A DNA stretch of 64,000 nucleotides from assembly GCA_965645245.1 (NCBI GenBank), contig OZ287076.1:1860001-1924000 (forward strand). The letters run 5' to 3'. The DNA comes from Massalongia carnosa (lineage: Eukaryota). The position numbers were made by a program, and so were the translations under genes. Below the pieces are notes generated by a model. That model had not been told where the DNA came from. It made no database searches and saw only the letters and a list, made by a program, of their open reading frames with translations. How positions within the stretch are numbered: the first letter of the stretch is position 1; the number at the start of each line of letters is the position of its first letter. Below are positions 12,539 to 26,723 of the stretch, in pieces.

Positions 12539-15500
12539 TGTCGATATTAATAGACCGTGGTTCAAGCCAATTCCCGAAATGCTATTTCTTTCTATGCCAT
12601 ATATCTGATTTCTAATACTCAATGATTTCAAAGCATTGTACCTCGCATGGGTTCCGGATCACTAATGATTTATTAGTAAATAGAAGTGGCTGGAAGATAT
12701 CTAGATTATGAAAGAATGTGGCGAAATGGTCTATATAGCTAGCTAGAATTTCCAGTTTAGATAGACAAGGAGGACATCATTTTCCAGATCAATAAGAACG
12801 GTCCGACAGTTATGAGCCCGGCTTCCTAATCGCTGCATTCATCGATCAGTATCCCCAAGTTCTTATTGACCTTTATTGTTACTTCTTCCATCTTCTTTGG
12901 ACAATCGAACAGAAGATGTCTTTCTCTACCTTGCCCGCTTCTAGTCAGAAAACCGTGGTAGTCCTCAAGGAGCCCGGTGACTGGGATGAATGGATCCTTA
13001 TCGTGGAGTCCATGGCCAAGCGAGGTGGAATCGAGCAGTATGTGGACCTGGCGAAACCTGAGCCAGACGAGCCAATCAGACCCATTACCCCTACCTTCTC
13101 TTCCATGAAAGCAGGTGCCGTGTCATCCGAGGACTTAACCGAGGGACAGCGACGGGATCTGATATTGCGAAGAGAGGATCATAGAGAAGACTTGCGTACG
13201 TATCGGGAGAAGACCGAAGCCCTAAAAAACCTGGAAGCATATATATTGACCACCGTGGATCGGACCAATTTGTTATATCTCAGGGGACAGGACTCGATAT
13301 ATAAGAAGTTATCAGCTCTAAAGAAGAGGCTTGCACCGACGGACCGGATCCGAGAACTCGAAGTTATTCGGAAATATAAGGACCTACAACGTGCCCCCAA
13401 GAGTCAGCAACTGGATCACTGGTTGTTGGAATGGGAGAAAGTCTATGCAGAAGCGGATAGACTGAAAATTCCGGACATTCAGGGACATAGATGCATTTAT
13501 GATTTCTTGAATGCGCTAAGGACAGTGGACGGTTCGTTTGTGGCCGGTAGAGAGGCCATATTACAGTATTAAATTCATCGGAATGAGGAAGATTTCTCGA
13601 TAAGGGATCTTCTGGAAGAATTCCGGAATCATTTGCGAACCGCCAGGGCCCTAGATAGCAAGGGGGCTACCCATTCGGCATTTGCAACATTTCAAGGATC
13701 TGACCAATCAGATCAAGAAAAATCGAACTCGACAATGAGTCAAAAATCAGCTCAGGGATCTAACTCGGACCAAGGAAATTCCGAGAAGAAGTGCATATGT
13801 GGCAAGAAGCACCGCTTCAAGGATTGCTACTATTTGCTCAAGGACCTGAGGCCAGAGGGGTGGACCCCGGTCAAGAGCATTGAGAAAATAATAGAAGAAA
13901 AGCTAGCTAAGAATCATCGGCTAGATAAGATCATCAAGTCGGTTCGAGATAAGCACGCAAAACAAGTCGAAAAAGTCGGAAAGGAAGAGAAATCGTCTTC
14001 AGAAAAATCCGATCCTGCAGCATTTGCAGTTTCGATAGTGCCTGCCGGATCATCAGTCTCGATCTTGCCTGCCGCACCACCTAGATCGTTTTCAACGTTT
14101 GCAGTTGCTTCCGAACCGGAGCCACATAGGTTGGTCAACTGTTGGACCCTGGATTGCGGAACAGACATTCATGTATGCAATGATCCGGAGCGGTTTCAGT
14201 TGACGCGTATAGCAAACACTGATGACAAGCTCATGGCCGGAAAAACCGTTTATAGCATAGATGGATATGGAACGGTAGATATCACGGCACAAGGACCTCA
14301 TGGGCCGGTGCCAATCAGGCTTCTAGATGTGGCGCTATCCTCAGGATTTTTCACCAATTTGGTGTGCCTAAGCAAGCTAACAAAGAAGGGGGTTCACTGG
14401 GACACCGAGCATTCTCATCTGCATCAGAAGGGAAAGACGTTCTGCCGCACCAAGCAAATAGGGGGCCATTGGGTGATAGAAGACAACCCACCAACGGTAA
14501 GGTCGCATAGAGCATTTGCGGCCAGTACCAGTCCGAAACCGGAATTGATAGCGACGGGAAAAGAGTGGCACGAGATGCTCGGTCATCCTGGACCGGAAAC
14601 AATTTCTCACCTCGAAAAGGGGGTAGATGGAGTTAAGGTAACAGTACCCGAGTCAGCACCGAATACGATGCAATGCGAGACATGCTCGCTGACCAAAGCC
14701 CATCACCTGATCTCGAGACGTTCGGGACAGGAAGTGCCAGCGAATTTTCCGCTCGGTCGAGTAGGGTATGACCTTATTCAGCTGACTGAAGCATACAACG
14801 GGGACAACTGGGTGAGCCACTTCAGGTGTTTTTATACCAGTATGGACTTCGTCTACACCCATACTCGAAAAAATGATGCTCTAGGGGTGATCAAGGAATT
14901 CCTGAAAATGACCAAGACTAGATACGATCAGACCGTTCGGTTTTTTCGAACAGACGACGAGCGAACCCTCGGCTTAGAATTCGCCGAGTTCATGAAAATG
15001 AGAGGTATCACCACCGAAAGATCGGCCCCATATACTCCAGCACAAAACGGTCAAACCGAGCGATCTGGGGGGGTACTGGTGATCCGAGCACGGGCCCTGC
15101 GCATAGCAGCAAATTTGCCAGCTAGTATGTGGCCAGAAATATTCAAAACGGTTGGTTATCTAAATAACCGGACCCCGAAGAAGATGCTAGGGTGGAAAAC
15201 ACCAATAGATAAATTAACCGGGGAAAAACCGAAACTATCTCACCTGCAGCCGTATGGTTGTCGAGCGTTCCCGCTTAATCAGGTGATTCCCAGGAAAGAG
15301 AAGCTCGAACCAAGGGCTTTTATTGGATACCTGGTGGGGTACGACTCCACTAACATCTTTCGAATATGGATTCCCAGCCGTATGAAAGTCATCCGGACCA
15401 GGGATGTAATGTTTGATAAGACAAGATTCTATGAGCCCAATGAGCTCGATATAGGACATTTATTAAACATAACCGTGGAAACCGTGATTCAGGTGTTGGA

Positions 15501-17860
15501 AGTGCCCGAAACATCCTTTGCAGGAGTGATGATTGAGCAAGACGATGAGGAGGTAGGTCCGAGATTGGACCAAACAACCAATCAACCTAGTGAAACAGAA
15601 ACGTCAGAAAAGACGATGTTTCCTCATACCGATATGGAAAACAATCCTCACTTACCTACCCCTGAAAAGACACCGGAGCGTGATGGTTTGGAAAAGACTC
15701 TGCAATCGGACGTTCAAATAAGCTCCGAGCCGGACGTTCAAGGAATGCCAGGTGTTCAATCAACCGAGGACGGACCGAGCCAGCCGAGACAGTCGGCTAG
15801 GCCGAGACGGACGCCTCGGGTGGTAGAGACAACGGATGAATCAATTGCCAGGAACACTAGATCAAGGAAACAGGCATATGCAATTGCGCTGGCATCAGTC
15901 AGCAAGTTAACCCCGTTCCATGCAGCGTTTTCGGTCGGCCTAGAACGGCCACAGGTCGGAACCTTGAAGAAATTCCATCGGGATGAGATCCCGGTGGAGC
16001 CCCGATATTGGAGGCAGATGCTCCATCACCGTTTTTCGCAGGAATTCCAGCTAGCGGCCATCAAAGAGCTCACCGAGCTTGAAAAGCGTGGTACGTACGA
16101 GCTAGTGGAAAAAGTTCAGGGACAGGACCGGATACCACTCACCTGGGTATTTAAGTATAAGCATGACACCGACGGCTATGTTGAGAAATTCAAGGCCCGT
16201 CTATGTGTACGAGGAGATCTTCAGATGACTCAGCAAGATACGTATGCTGCAACATTGGCAGCGAGAACGTTTCGAGCTCTAATGGCTATTTCAGCTGCAT
16301 TTGACCTTGATATCTACCAGTATGATGCGGTCAGTGCTTTCATAAATAGGCCGATTGATGAGGAAATCTTTTGTGAGTGTCCAGAAGGTTTTGACAAGCC
16401 CGGATACTGTTGGAAGCTTAGAAAAGCTCTGTACGGATTAAAACAAGCACCGATTCTATGGTATAAGCTCCTAACCATGGCCCTAGAGGAACTCGGACTA
16501 GCGCCAGTCCCAGGGGTCAACTGTCTATTTGCCAATGAGTGGATTATCCTATTCTTCTATGTCGATGACATTGTGGTCATATGCAGGAAGCATAATTCGG
16601 ACAAATTACAAGAATTTGAGAAAGCTCTCCTGAAACGATTCGAAATGCATGCTCTAGGGGAATTGAAATGGTTTCTCGGTATAAGGATTACCCGAGACCG
16701 AGCAAATAAGAAGATATGGTTATGTCAGGACTCATACATTACCAAAATGGCTGCGAAATTTAATCAGCACGGGGAAACCGCGAAAACACCACTGACAGTG
16801 GTGCCTCCAGCCAATGAAAACGAGCAAAAAGCAGACAGTCAACGTATATATGCGTACCAGCAACGGGTAGGTTCATTGAACTTCGCAGCGGTAATATCCT
16901 GGCCCGATATAGCATTTGCAACTGCAAAATTAGCTCAATTCTTACAAAACCCGTGCCCGGATCATCTGTCTGCGGCCGATCGGGTTATTGCTTATCTAAA
17001 TGGGACTAAAAATCTGGCTATAGAATATAACGGGCATCAGAAAACTGACATTCTGATGTGTGCTAGCGATGCAGCGTTTGCTGATGATGAGTTGACTCGA
17101 AGAAGCTCCGATGGTTACCTTTTTCAGCTGTATGGTGGACCAATAGACTGGCGAGCAGCTAAACAAGCCACGGTCACCACATCGAGTACTGAAGCCGAGT
17201 TGCTAGCCCTGTCTCGGACCGCCAAGGAAGCTATGCGGTGGAAACGGTTTTTTCAAGCCATTCGGTTCAATCCCATGGAAAAGTTGCACATTCGGTGCGA
17301 TAATCGCCAGACCCTCAGAATCCTAGATAAAGAGATGTTGAAGCTAGATACTAAGCTTCGGCATGTGGATATACATCGTCACTGGTTAAGGCAAGAAGTT
17401 CAAGCTGGTCGTATAAACGTCAGTTGGATGCCCACAGCGGAAATGCCTGCCGACGGATTTACCAAGGTCTTACCTCGTCAGAAACATGACGATTTCATCA
17501 AACAGCTGCATTTGACTGACATACCAGTCATACTGGCTAATCAAGGTCAGGAAGCAGCTTCAGCATAGTATGCTAAATCTGGGGGGGTATGTCGATATTA
17601 ATAGACCGTGGTTCAAGCCAATTCCCGAAATGCTATTTCTTTCTATGCCATATATCTGATTTCTAATACTCAATGATTTCAAAGCATTGTACCTCGCATG
17701 GGTTCCGGATCACTAATGATTTATTAGTAAATAGAAGTGGCTGGAAGATATCTAGATTAATGAAAGAATGTGGCGAAATGGTCTATATAGCTAGCTAGAA
17801 TTTCCAGTTTAGATAGACAAGGAGGACATCATTTTCCAGATCAATAAGAACGGTCCGACA
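12539..17860 (+). mobile_element. Ty1/copia LTR retrotransposon 1, full length
   Basis: LTRs 12539-12808 and 17590-17860 (TG..CA, differing by one inserted A); TSD AGATG; PBS GTTATGAGCCC; G-rich PPT at 17581-17587. Confidence 0.97.
12916..17568 (+). pseudogene. Copia gag-pol polyprotein with one in-frame TAA at 13570-13572
   Basis: CICGKKHRFKDC knuckle, protease WTLDCGTD, WHEMLGHP, integrase (RTDDE, QNGQTER), RT (KARLCVRG, YVDD), RNase H (ASDAAF, RHVDI) in copia order. Both ORFs are in one frame. Confidence 0.93.
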
Positions 17861-20800
17861 AGATGACAAAACGTTCAGCAAATAAAGAACTCTGGTGGAG
17901 ACCATACACCACGAAGAACGGCATAGATGTTTGGAGGAGCATGGAATTACGGCCCTTTGTGGCGTTTCTAGGCTCCAAGTGCTGCGAGCTGCTAGCAGGA
18001 GTAGCATTTGCATAACACACGCCTGTTGTTGAACTCGCTCGGGAAATGGATTACTCGTGGACATCCATTTATTGCATTTTTTCATGAACAATTTATCGAT
18101 GAGGGGGAAGAGGTGGATAGAGAGGAGAAGAAGAATGGACGAGAGGGCAGAGAAGGTGGATTAGGAGGAAAATAAGGGGGTTGAAGACTTGCCGAGCGGA
18201 TACGGCTCATCATGGACATATCATACGACTCTTTGAGAAAATGGCATTCATTAGAAACAGGGTACATTTGTCCTTCGTCCTCATGTCCCTCTAGCTTGTT
18301 AAATTATAGTCTTTGATACTATATATAACGCGTTTCGTTTATAGGGTTCGAACCCATTAACCGTCCGGATTTCGGCTGGTCCAGCATATTTGATTTCAAT
18401 CAAGGTTTGGGAAGGGTCGCTCACTATCGCGGATAAGACATTCAAACTAGAATATGCTACGCTTATCACTAAGGGTGTGCAGGTCGGTCTGGCCCTTGAC
18501 TTTCGAGTGGTCCATCCGCAGACATAGCACGTGGTCATGTTTCTTGAGAAATGTTGAGAATGGAGAAGATCCCGTTACCTGCTGAGGAGGAAGGAAATCA
18601 GATCATAGCTTTCTTCTTCTGAGGAGAACTAAAGAGCAGTCATGAGGATCCGAAGGAAGAGATGAACCATGGCTATCTAGACCATGTGAAGGAAAAGCGC
18701 AATACCCTTCTCGACAAATGCGATTTTTGTAGCCCCAATCCTTAACAATTAGCCGAAACCTTCCAGAGGCCAAAATGGCTGCAGCTTTATGAGGTCGAAG
18801 CGCCTCCTTAAACAATTTGCAAAGAAAATCAAGTGCTTTGGAAATCCGCACAGGATCTTTGAAATAAGTCGATATAGTTTGCGTTCTGTGAGATGAAAAC
18901 GATCTGGAAATCATAGCCATGATGTGTTTGGGAGGAAGGAAGAAGGAGGGATTAGCTCCATAAGAGATCAATAGACTAATAACCTGGCGATCACCCACCA
19001 GCAACCAATCCACATCCAGCCGTGACTTGAGCGTGAGCTATCGCCGCCATCACGGAACTTGATATCCTCTGGCTTCCTCATTTCCTATCCTGCGCACATC
19101 AAGCATATCTGTTTCGAAAGTCCGCTCTGTCACCACCCCCTGTCCGAGCCATGCTTTTGGGGGGGGAGGAGGGCGTACCAATCCATCCTTCCCCCAATCT
19201 CCATAACCCTTCCAAGCGCAACCGAAGTTCTCCGCACCGATTGCTCCGAATCCCTCTTCTTGCAGGTCTGCCTTTTGTGCCCTCTCCATTGGTGCTGTGC
19301 TGTGCTGTGCTGTGCTTTGGTTGGTAGCTCCTTCGCCGGTCGACATGAGTGATCCTCTCCGGCCTCTTGGGGGAAGATGTTAACCGCGTCCTTGTTGCCT
19401 TTGTTTTCTCTCTCCCGAATTCACCTTCCTGCACGTCGAGGGCCGCGAAGGGGCTTTTTTTATTATTATAAAATTTACTTTTACACTCTTCGGGATGGTT
19501 CGTTTCATCTGTAAATCTAAATCAAATTTATTCCTTGGTTTCTGGGACGATAGTAGCTGTTTTCTGGGCTCCTCAAGATGCTAAAACGCCATACCTTCAA
19601 CCTCGTAAATTTGCGGACTGGTCTTTAGCGATTGATTGATCAATCTTTGTTAGGTTTAGTTTTAAATTTTATATATATTTTACAGGAGAGAGGGGAGTGG
19701 AGTATTTGGGGGGGGGGAGGGATTGAGTGTCGCGATTCTGAATAGGGCAGGTACAGTAGTAGTAGACCTTGGGAAGACGAGTCTTTTGGAGATGAGGAAT
19801 CTACGGTGGTGCGCGAACGATGATTCGTAGTAACACAACGCAAATCAAAGCAAAGCAGATAGAGCTCTTTAAAAAAAAAAGGTTCCTAGAGCGGATTCGC
19901 CCACGTTCTCGATGTACCGTCGCAAATACTTTCCCTTTCGAGATAGATCAAAACGGTGGAAAACTTTGCCTACGCGCGCAGATAGAGAAGCCCGAAAAGA
20001 GAATCGTGGAGCTTGGTTGGGAAGACTTTTTTCTCGCTATGGTTGAATATTTCCCTCTTTTCCCCTTCACCGGCCTAACCCCCCTCCAAAAGTTAGATCA
20101 TCGACAGTGTATACGTTGTGGAGGGGTGAAGTGGGCCTCCACTACATGGTCAGGTGACAGGTGTGATGACTGCACGCGAGGACTGGTGCTACTACCGGCA
20201 GTCACATGATCGCACCCTGAGCCGGCAGTTATAGTCCCTCTCGCCCACCTCTTATGCTTTCTTTCATCTTTCCATCTCTTCATTTAGTCAGTTAGTCAGT
20301 TAGTCAGTACGTACATAGCTACATGACGACGATGACCTGATCATTCGTTTCTTTCCATATGATGGCCCAATGACAGCACCATAGATCCATCGACGCACAC
20401 CACCCACGTTATCCTTCTTCAACGTACATAACGTACATAAATACAGATTGCTGAAGGAAATGGTGCGAGACGATCGGATGGTGATTTGTGATTGTCAGAT
20501 TGTAGGTGGATGGACTGGTCAGTTAGGTAGAATCTTGCTGATGGATAGTATGGAGAAGTTAAAGATGAGCGAAAAACATTATAGGCCTCGTGCGATCGCG
20601 CATGCTGTTCATGGGAGAAGCTCGTTGGAGGTGTTTAAAGGCAAATCAGTGGCTAGAAGAAGCTTTTGGAGCTGGAAGAGTTGTGTATATGCTGAGTGTG
20701 TAATTCTCTTAAGCTGGGTGAGACGAGAGAAGTATGCAAGCTTAAATGGGATGACGTAAACAAGCTTCGACAAGTAGAAAACCATTTCCCCGCACGTTGC

Positions 20801-21181
20801 AGTTGCAGTTGTCACTGACGTGAAAGTTGACTAATGTAGAAGAATAACTGGATAGTCGGCAGGGGTTTTGCAGGCTGCATATCGGAATACTTTTGAGATA
20901 AATCGATTGAGAAACAAGTGAGCTTGAAGAAAATCCCATGATGATGTATCGAGAGTTTAAGGTTCTCGGTGAGGAGCGGGAACGCTTTGTCAAATGATTG
21001 ATAAGGACGGATAAATGTAGATGGGATGAGTGTATAGATAGCCGATAAAGAAGAACGGGGAGCATGATGCCAATAGTCACGATGCCAAGTAGCTGACATG
21101 GAAATGCATGTATGTAGGCAAGTTATTCTCATGGCTGAAGGGTTGAAGGTTTCAACTCTCAATAGGCAAGGTAGAGTCACC

Positions 21182-22250
21182 TCAGGTTGAAAAATCCGGA
21201 GCTTCAATCTGAGGGACTTCGTTTTCCATCGCGATGGGCTGCCCAGACGCAGCCAGGGCAACCTTTTTCTCTTTCAGGCACACTGGAGAGTGTGTGCATG
21301 GCGCTGAAGAGCCGAAACAAAAGTTACGGCTGATATTGTCCAACAGCGGCTCGACTGTGTGGTGCTTCGGATTACAGCATGTCCAATTCCCACAGACATG
21401 GCTCAGCTGCCATGCATGGTTGATGAATCCCTGCTTCTAGTCATCTGTCAAGCCTGGACCTTGGAGCAAGGCCAAGATTCCGAAGTTAACGTAAAGCATA
21501 TGTCGATAGGGAGACTTTCCCCAATCAAAGCAGATACTGATGACTCCTCTCCCTCTGCCGCCGTTCCTTGGCCGTGGTGGAGATGGATGAAGCCAACAAT
21601 CGTCCTCTTTACGTGACTCGTTGAGAAGCTTAAAGACTTTGTTAAAAGCATAAGTCGTCTTATGCCTCATGGCATCCGTAGGATTGTCAATTAAAGCAGT
21701 CTTCCGCTCCTCGATGGCCATGGTTTGAGGATTTCGTTTAGTCCTCTTTCGCCTTGCCGGTTCCTGAGGCGCATGGTGGGATACGGAGATTGGGGAAACG
21801 AAGCCGGGTAATATGCTTCCATTTGAGCCTGCCGGTATTTTATCAAGATATCTGCTGGCTGAGCTGTTGTCCTGAGAATGAAGATCATCCTAAGAAGCGT
21901 TAGACATGGGCTTGGTAGGATAAATCACTAATCATCGCGTCGTTCCTTACCCGCTTTCGCTTCCAAGACGCATTTAAAGAAGTCAATGGTGGTAGATATG
22001 ATGGTGGATATGGTGGTGAATATGGAAGTGGAGCATGCCAGGGGTGTTGATGGGGAAAAATCACGCCGGCTTGAATTCCAGAGTTAGAGTTAAGAACAGA
22101 AGAACTGCTATAACCGAAGCCTCGTGTTTGATGTTCATTCTCGTTTGGTATTCTTTGGATAAATTCGTTTGAAAAGGGCCGCTGTTCAGTCAACCAATAC
22201 TCGTCGGGCAACATTTTTGAACCCCTGAGACCTCCATAGCTGAAAGCCAT
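21182..22250 (-). pseudogene. His-Cys box (His-Me finger, I-PpoI-like) endonuclease-domain gene; 2 exons (22250-21951, 21889-21182), premature TAG at 21439-21437
   Basis: Phase-0 intron GTAAGG..CTAAC..TAG (21950-21890) joins in frame. Reading past the TAG gives WQLSHVCGNWTCCNPKHHTVEPLLDNISRNFCFGSSAPCTHSPVCL, matching the SHLC-N-C-NP-H-E-N-RN-C..C-H-C zinc-binding motif. Confidence 0.8.
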
Positions 22251-23591
22251 AATTATTGAAGGAATGCTACTCTAAGAAGCAAGTTGAAAGACTGGATAAG
22301 TTGAAGAAAAGAAGTTGGAAAGACTCCACTGTTCAAATAGTGGAGGATGCCATCTGGGAAATGCCCCCTCGGCGTGATGTTTTCGTGAAAGGAAACACAC
22401 TGCCTAAGTGAAGCTGAGCTTCCCTGCTTCAGTGCATTCTCTCCGCATGAATCGGAAAGCGAAGTCGAATTACTCGACAACTTGGGGGTTCCCATGACTA
22501 ATGAATCAGAGAACCTGCAATGAAGGAAATAGTACGGCGTATGAACTTTCTCAAGAATAAAAGACACAGGAGTGGCAGTTTCCCTCAGCTCTGCAGCTAT
22601 ATTGGTTTGCTAATGCCCAAGAATATGGAAAACCCGGCAGGCTTAGATTTCGCAGCGAGTTAGGCAAGACGGAAATTTGAGGGGGGGAAACCTTGATCTC
22701 GATCAAGGTTTAGAGCGACAGTACCACAAAGGAGGAGAGGAAAGTAAGAGTTTGCAAAACGATTCATCGGAGAACGTGTCGTCAATGATAAAATGGGTGA
22801 ACGAGGAACGATTCATCGGTTTGGAAGCGTAATGAAAAGTATGGATTCGTTTATGACATGCACTCGATGAACAAAGCTGCTGGCCCTGCTGGGATGTAGC
22901 ATAGCCAGAGAAGGACAAATCGCTAAGAAAATGCAGAGAAGGTTACACTCAGGTCAGCAATCATCGCCGACCAAAAGTAAATCAAGAACATTTCACCGTC
23001 TTCGGGAAGGAAACCAAGCATTCTGAACCCTGGACAAGGAAATACACATAGCTTTCAAAAATCACGCTAAACGAAAACGTTCAACATATGTCGATTGTTT
23101 CTCTACCGTAGCGTGTTTTATCTTTCTCAGTAGAATACCTGATGATTATCGAAGTCACAAGCGTTACGAGAGTTTAGTTTTACCAAAACACAGAATCGGA
23201 CGATCCTTGTATGATGCATCTCTTGAAATGCTTCGGGCAACCTGACATTACCGTCCGCATCGTTGCTGAGTAAGGAAGGAATTCATTCCGCATGACCATT
23301 CTACCTAAGCTTTAATAGCGTTCATGTCAATTAGTTCGCGGATCCATGAAGGTGTTTTTGTTCAGGAAGAGATGCGACGACGTTGACGATAGATGCTCTC
23401 GGCGAATCTAATGCCTCGCTTAGGCGCTAAATGCGGAAGAACCTCTGCCCGAGAACCACGATTCGTCAATCGCCGATCTAATCTGGATGTGGTAAAGTCC
23501 AAAGTCCCGAACACAAACCAAGTTGCCTTATCAGGCTATTTAAGACCCGAAGGTAGGGGTACAGGGTAGTGTACGGAGTACTCCCTATGGA

Positions 23592-26014
23592 TAGGGCTAG
23601 GAAAAATACGTCAGTTGGGCCAACTGACACGTATTATACGTCACGTGCAGACTTGGACCCTGTCTTTTTGGTATAATATTACTTAAGCATGTCAAATTTA
23701 TCTTTCTCATAGATCAATACCTGAAATTACTAGACATTTCTACCTAATTTGAGGTACCTTCCTATTATCTCTATACATACATTGATCATGTCTCGACAAT
23801 CTGGAAATTCTGGCGGTCGACCGAAAAATGCATTGGTAGATGAGAATTTCGTTGATGTCATCATTGAAGGCATGAAATACTCTTAGCATCGTTGTACGCA
23901 TTGCGGATATCAGTCTGCCAAAGTTGCTACCAGGGGTCAGCATTTGCAGACATGCAATGCTTTTCAAGAAGTGCAAGAAAGAAGACAGCAAGAGACGTCT
24001 TCTAGGAGCAGCAAATCTTTGATTCAATTGCCCATCACCCCTTTGATTCGTCCCTTAAATCAAGCCCAAGTTGCGCATGCTCATCGCGCTGCTGCAATGT
24101 CCGTCTTTATGACCAATCTTCCGTTTAACCACTTCGAAAATCCCTATGTGATTGCTCATCATCAAGCACTGCATCCTGGATATAAACCTCCACATCATAA
24201 GCTCGTTGGCGGGAAATTATTGGACGACGCCTATGAGACGGTTAAACTGAAAGTAAATCAGCAGTTAGATGCCTGCAGTTATCTCAACTTCTTTACCGAC
24301 GAAACGGCCAACATTAAGAAGGAACGGGTTATTAATCTCTGTTGTCATGTCCCTTCATCAGCTACCTCTCGAGGGGGGGGCTTTCATTTAAAAGCAATGG
24401 CCGGCATCGCTGAGACGATGACTGCAGCTGTTCAAGCTGAGTGGATGATAAAAGGCTGTAGAGAAGCGACCAATAATCAGCTCTGGAGAGTCAATTGTAT
24501 AGGAACAGATACTTGCTCTACTATGAAGGCCATGTGGTCTGAAATTCGAAAGTTTCCTGAGATGAGACACGTCTTTTTCGTTCCTTGCGACAGTCACGGT
24601 TTACAGCTTCTTTTGGGAGACATTTTGAAGCTTCCTTTTTTTGCAGACATCATGCAAAAAGCTCAGTCGATAGTGATAGCTTTTCGTGGATCGAATAAAG
24701 AATTGGCCATTCTATGGAATTTTCAGATGAAGGTAAGTAGGAATGAATTTCAATGCGGCATCAAAACGTCATTGCTAATTTATAACTTTCAAAGGCATAC
24801 AATCAACGTCAATCACTGATTCTCAACGTTTTGACCAGATGGGGTACGACTGTAGGCCTTTTGAACTCGGTGCTAAAAAGCAAGCAGGCAATTTTGGATT
24901 ATTTTCAGCAAAATGCTCCGGGCATTGATCAGGGCAGAAGTCATCCTTTAGGAACATTCGTCAACGACTTCTCGTTTTGGAAAAAGCTGGCCATCGTACA
25001 GAAAATTCTTGATCCCATACATAAAGCACAATACATGTCCGAGGCCGAGGGGCATAAACTGTACGCGGTGACTGCCAATTGGAACAGGCTTCGATCTCAC
25101 CTATATACAATGGCCAAAGAGGATGAAGATTCTGAGATGGATTTGCATCACATTGCAGAGATAGTTTGGGAAGATCGATATCTCAGTCAAATAACTGAAC
25201 TTCATGTGGTAGCAGCTCTGTTGGTTCCTCAGAATCATAACATTCAGGTGCTTGGAGTATCCACGTCGCAGGCATTTTTCTCTATCATGCATAGATTCTT
25301 TGCTGAATATCTGAACGTTGAAGAAGCAAAGTCGGCAATGAAGCAATGGCTTTCTTTTCGAAATCAAGAAGACGGTTTTTATCCTGCCTCCGAATGCTGG
25401 ACATATCAAACGGATTCGGAGCTGTTTTGGAACTTTTCCAGAAGCTTTGCTTTTGATCTCAGCAACATAGCTAGAAAGGTAATAATGCTGCCTGCTAATT
25501 CGGTGCTGGCAGAAAGAAATTGGTCGGTCATGAATTTGATCATGACCAAAAGTCGGAACTCTCTACATTCCATCAATGTCGATAAACTCATGTTTATTTA
25601 CATGAATGAGCGTACTCTTAATCGGCCAACAGATTTCAAAAGCAAGCTTCAGTTTGCTGGCATCGACATCAATGAGACGGATCTTTGTGAGATGGAGGAT
25701 AGACTACTGCAAGAAGAGATCTCTTTATCTGATACGTCCATGTCATCATCGAAAAGACCGGCGAGTCAAACGATATTTGGTGATGCGACGAGAGCTTGGA
25801 TAAACACCTAGCTAGTAGAGTAGGAGATACATAAAATTGTACGCAAATTGCTAACAAAATAAAGTATCTTTTCCCCACTTTCTATCTTCCCGCTTCTTCC
25901 GCCCCCCCCCCCTCCCCCCCTGTAGCTAATCCCTGTGTCTGTCCAACTGACACGTATTAAACACTTCCCGATCGGGTTAGTCAATAAACATGTTTAATAC
26001 ATATCCTAGCCCTA
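23592..26014 (+). mobile_element. hAT DNA transposon, copy 1
   Basis: TIR TAGGGCTAGGA; 8-bp TSD CCTATGGA (23584-23591, 26015-26022); subterminal CCAACTGACACGTATTA motifs. Confidence 0.95.
23788..25811 (+). pseudogene. hAT transposase (BED-like finger, DDE core, C-terminal dimerization region), intron 24733-24794, premature TAG at 23884-23886
   Basis: CTHC..H..C, FFTDET, GTDTC, PCDSHGLQL, TRWGT, SVLAERNWS. The other copy has CAG at the stop position. Confidence 0.9.
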
Positions 26015-26723
26015 CCTATGGAGCATGGCACGAAAAGCCTCGGTAGCGTGCATCCTCCGTCCAGGCTTGCAGGAGACAAGGAAAACCTCCTATTCCAAAA
26101 ATCATCGAAATATCTGGCAACACAGCCACTCTGTACAGAGATAACTCGTTAGCGACGAGCCTTTCTGTTTGGATGGGCTTACTCTGGAAGAGTTGACAAC
26201 CTTTGCTGCTGCAGCTCAGCCTCTACTGTGTAATGATGATGGCGGTAAGTAACTGCGAACTGCCTCCAATCACGGTGTTTCCGGTGCGGCTGGATGCATA
26301 TTAGCCTGAGTTAGTCCATGCATCCCACCCCCACTTGGTACGGAAGTGTGATTCTCAAAGTTGACAGCGGTCGAGGTACTGTGACCGGAAATTGACCCAA
26401 ATCCATCTTCTCTGCATGCCACCTGTCCCAGCTTGTGCGAGCGTGGGGCGCAAAGCACTCCCTCTTCCTATTAGCGGAGTTGCCGATTCCCAAATCCTTC
26501 CGTAGATAAATTAGTTCCCAGCGATACTCGGATCAACTTCCAATCCTTGCTCTCTTCATCGATCTTCACATCCAGTGAAGCCTCCTCCCCAGTCTCTTCA
26601 AAGGGGCCATCGCTCAAGGGTTGAATAAATGACGTATTCCTTCGTTGAAGCACTATTCGCATTGCCGTAAGCTTCTGCGCACGACATCGCTATCCAGCTT
26701 GTTTGTTCGCTCCAGCAGCTCCA

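Noticed and set aside
18082..19434. Short minus-strand ORFs, one starting MTTCYVCGWT
   Set aside because: No further supporting motifs or consistent splice model; possibly a remnant.
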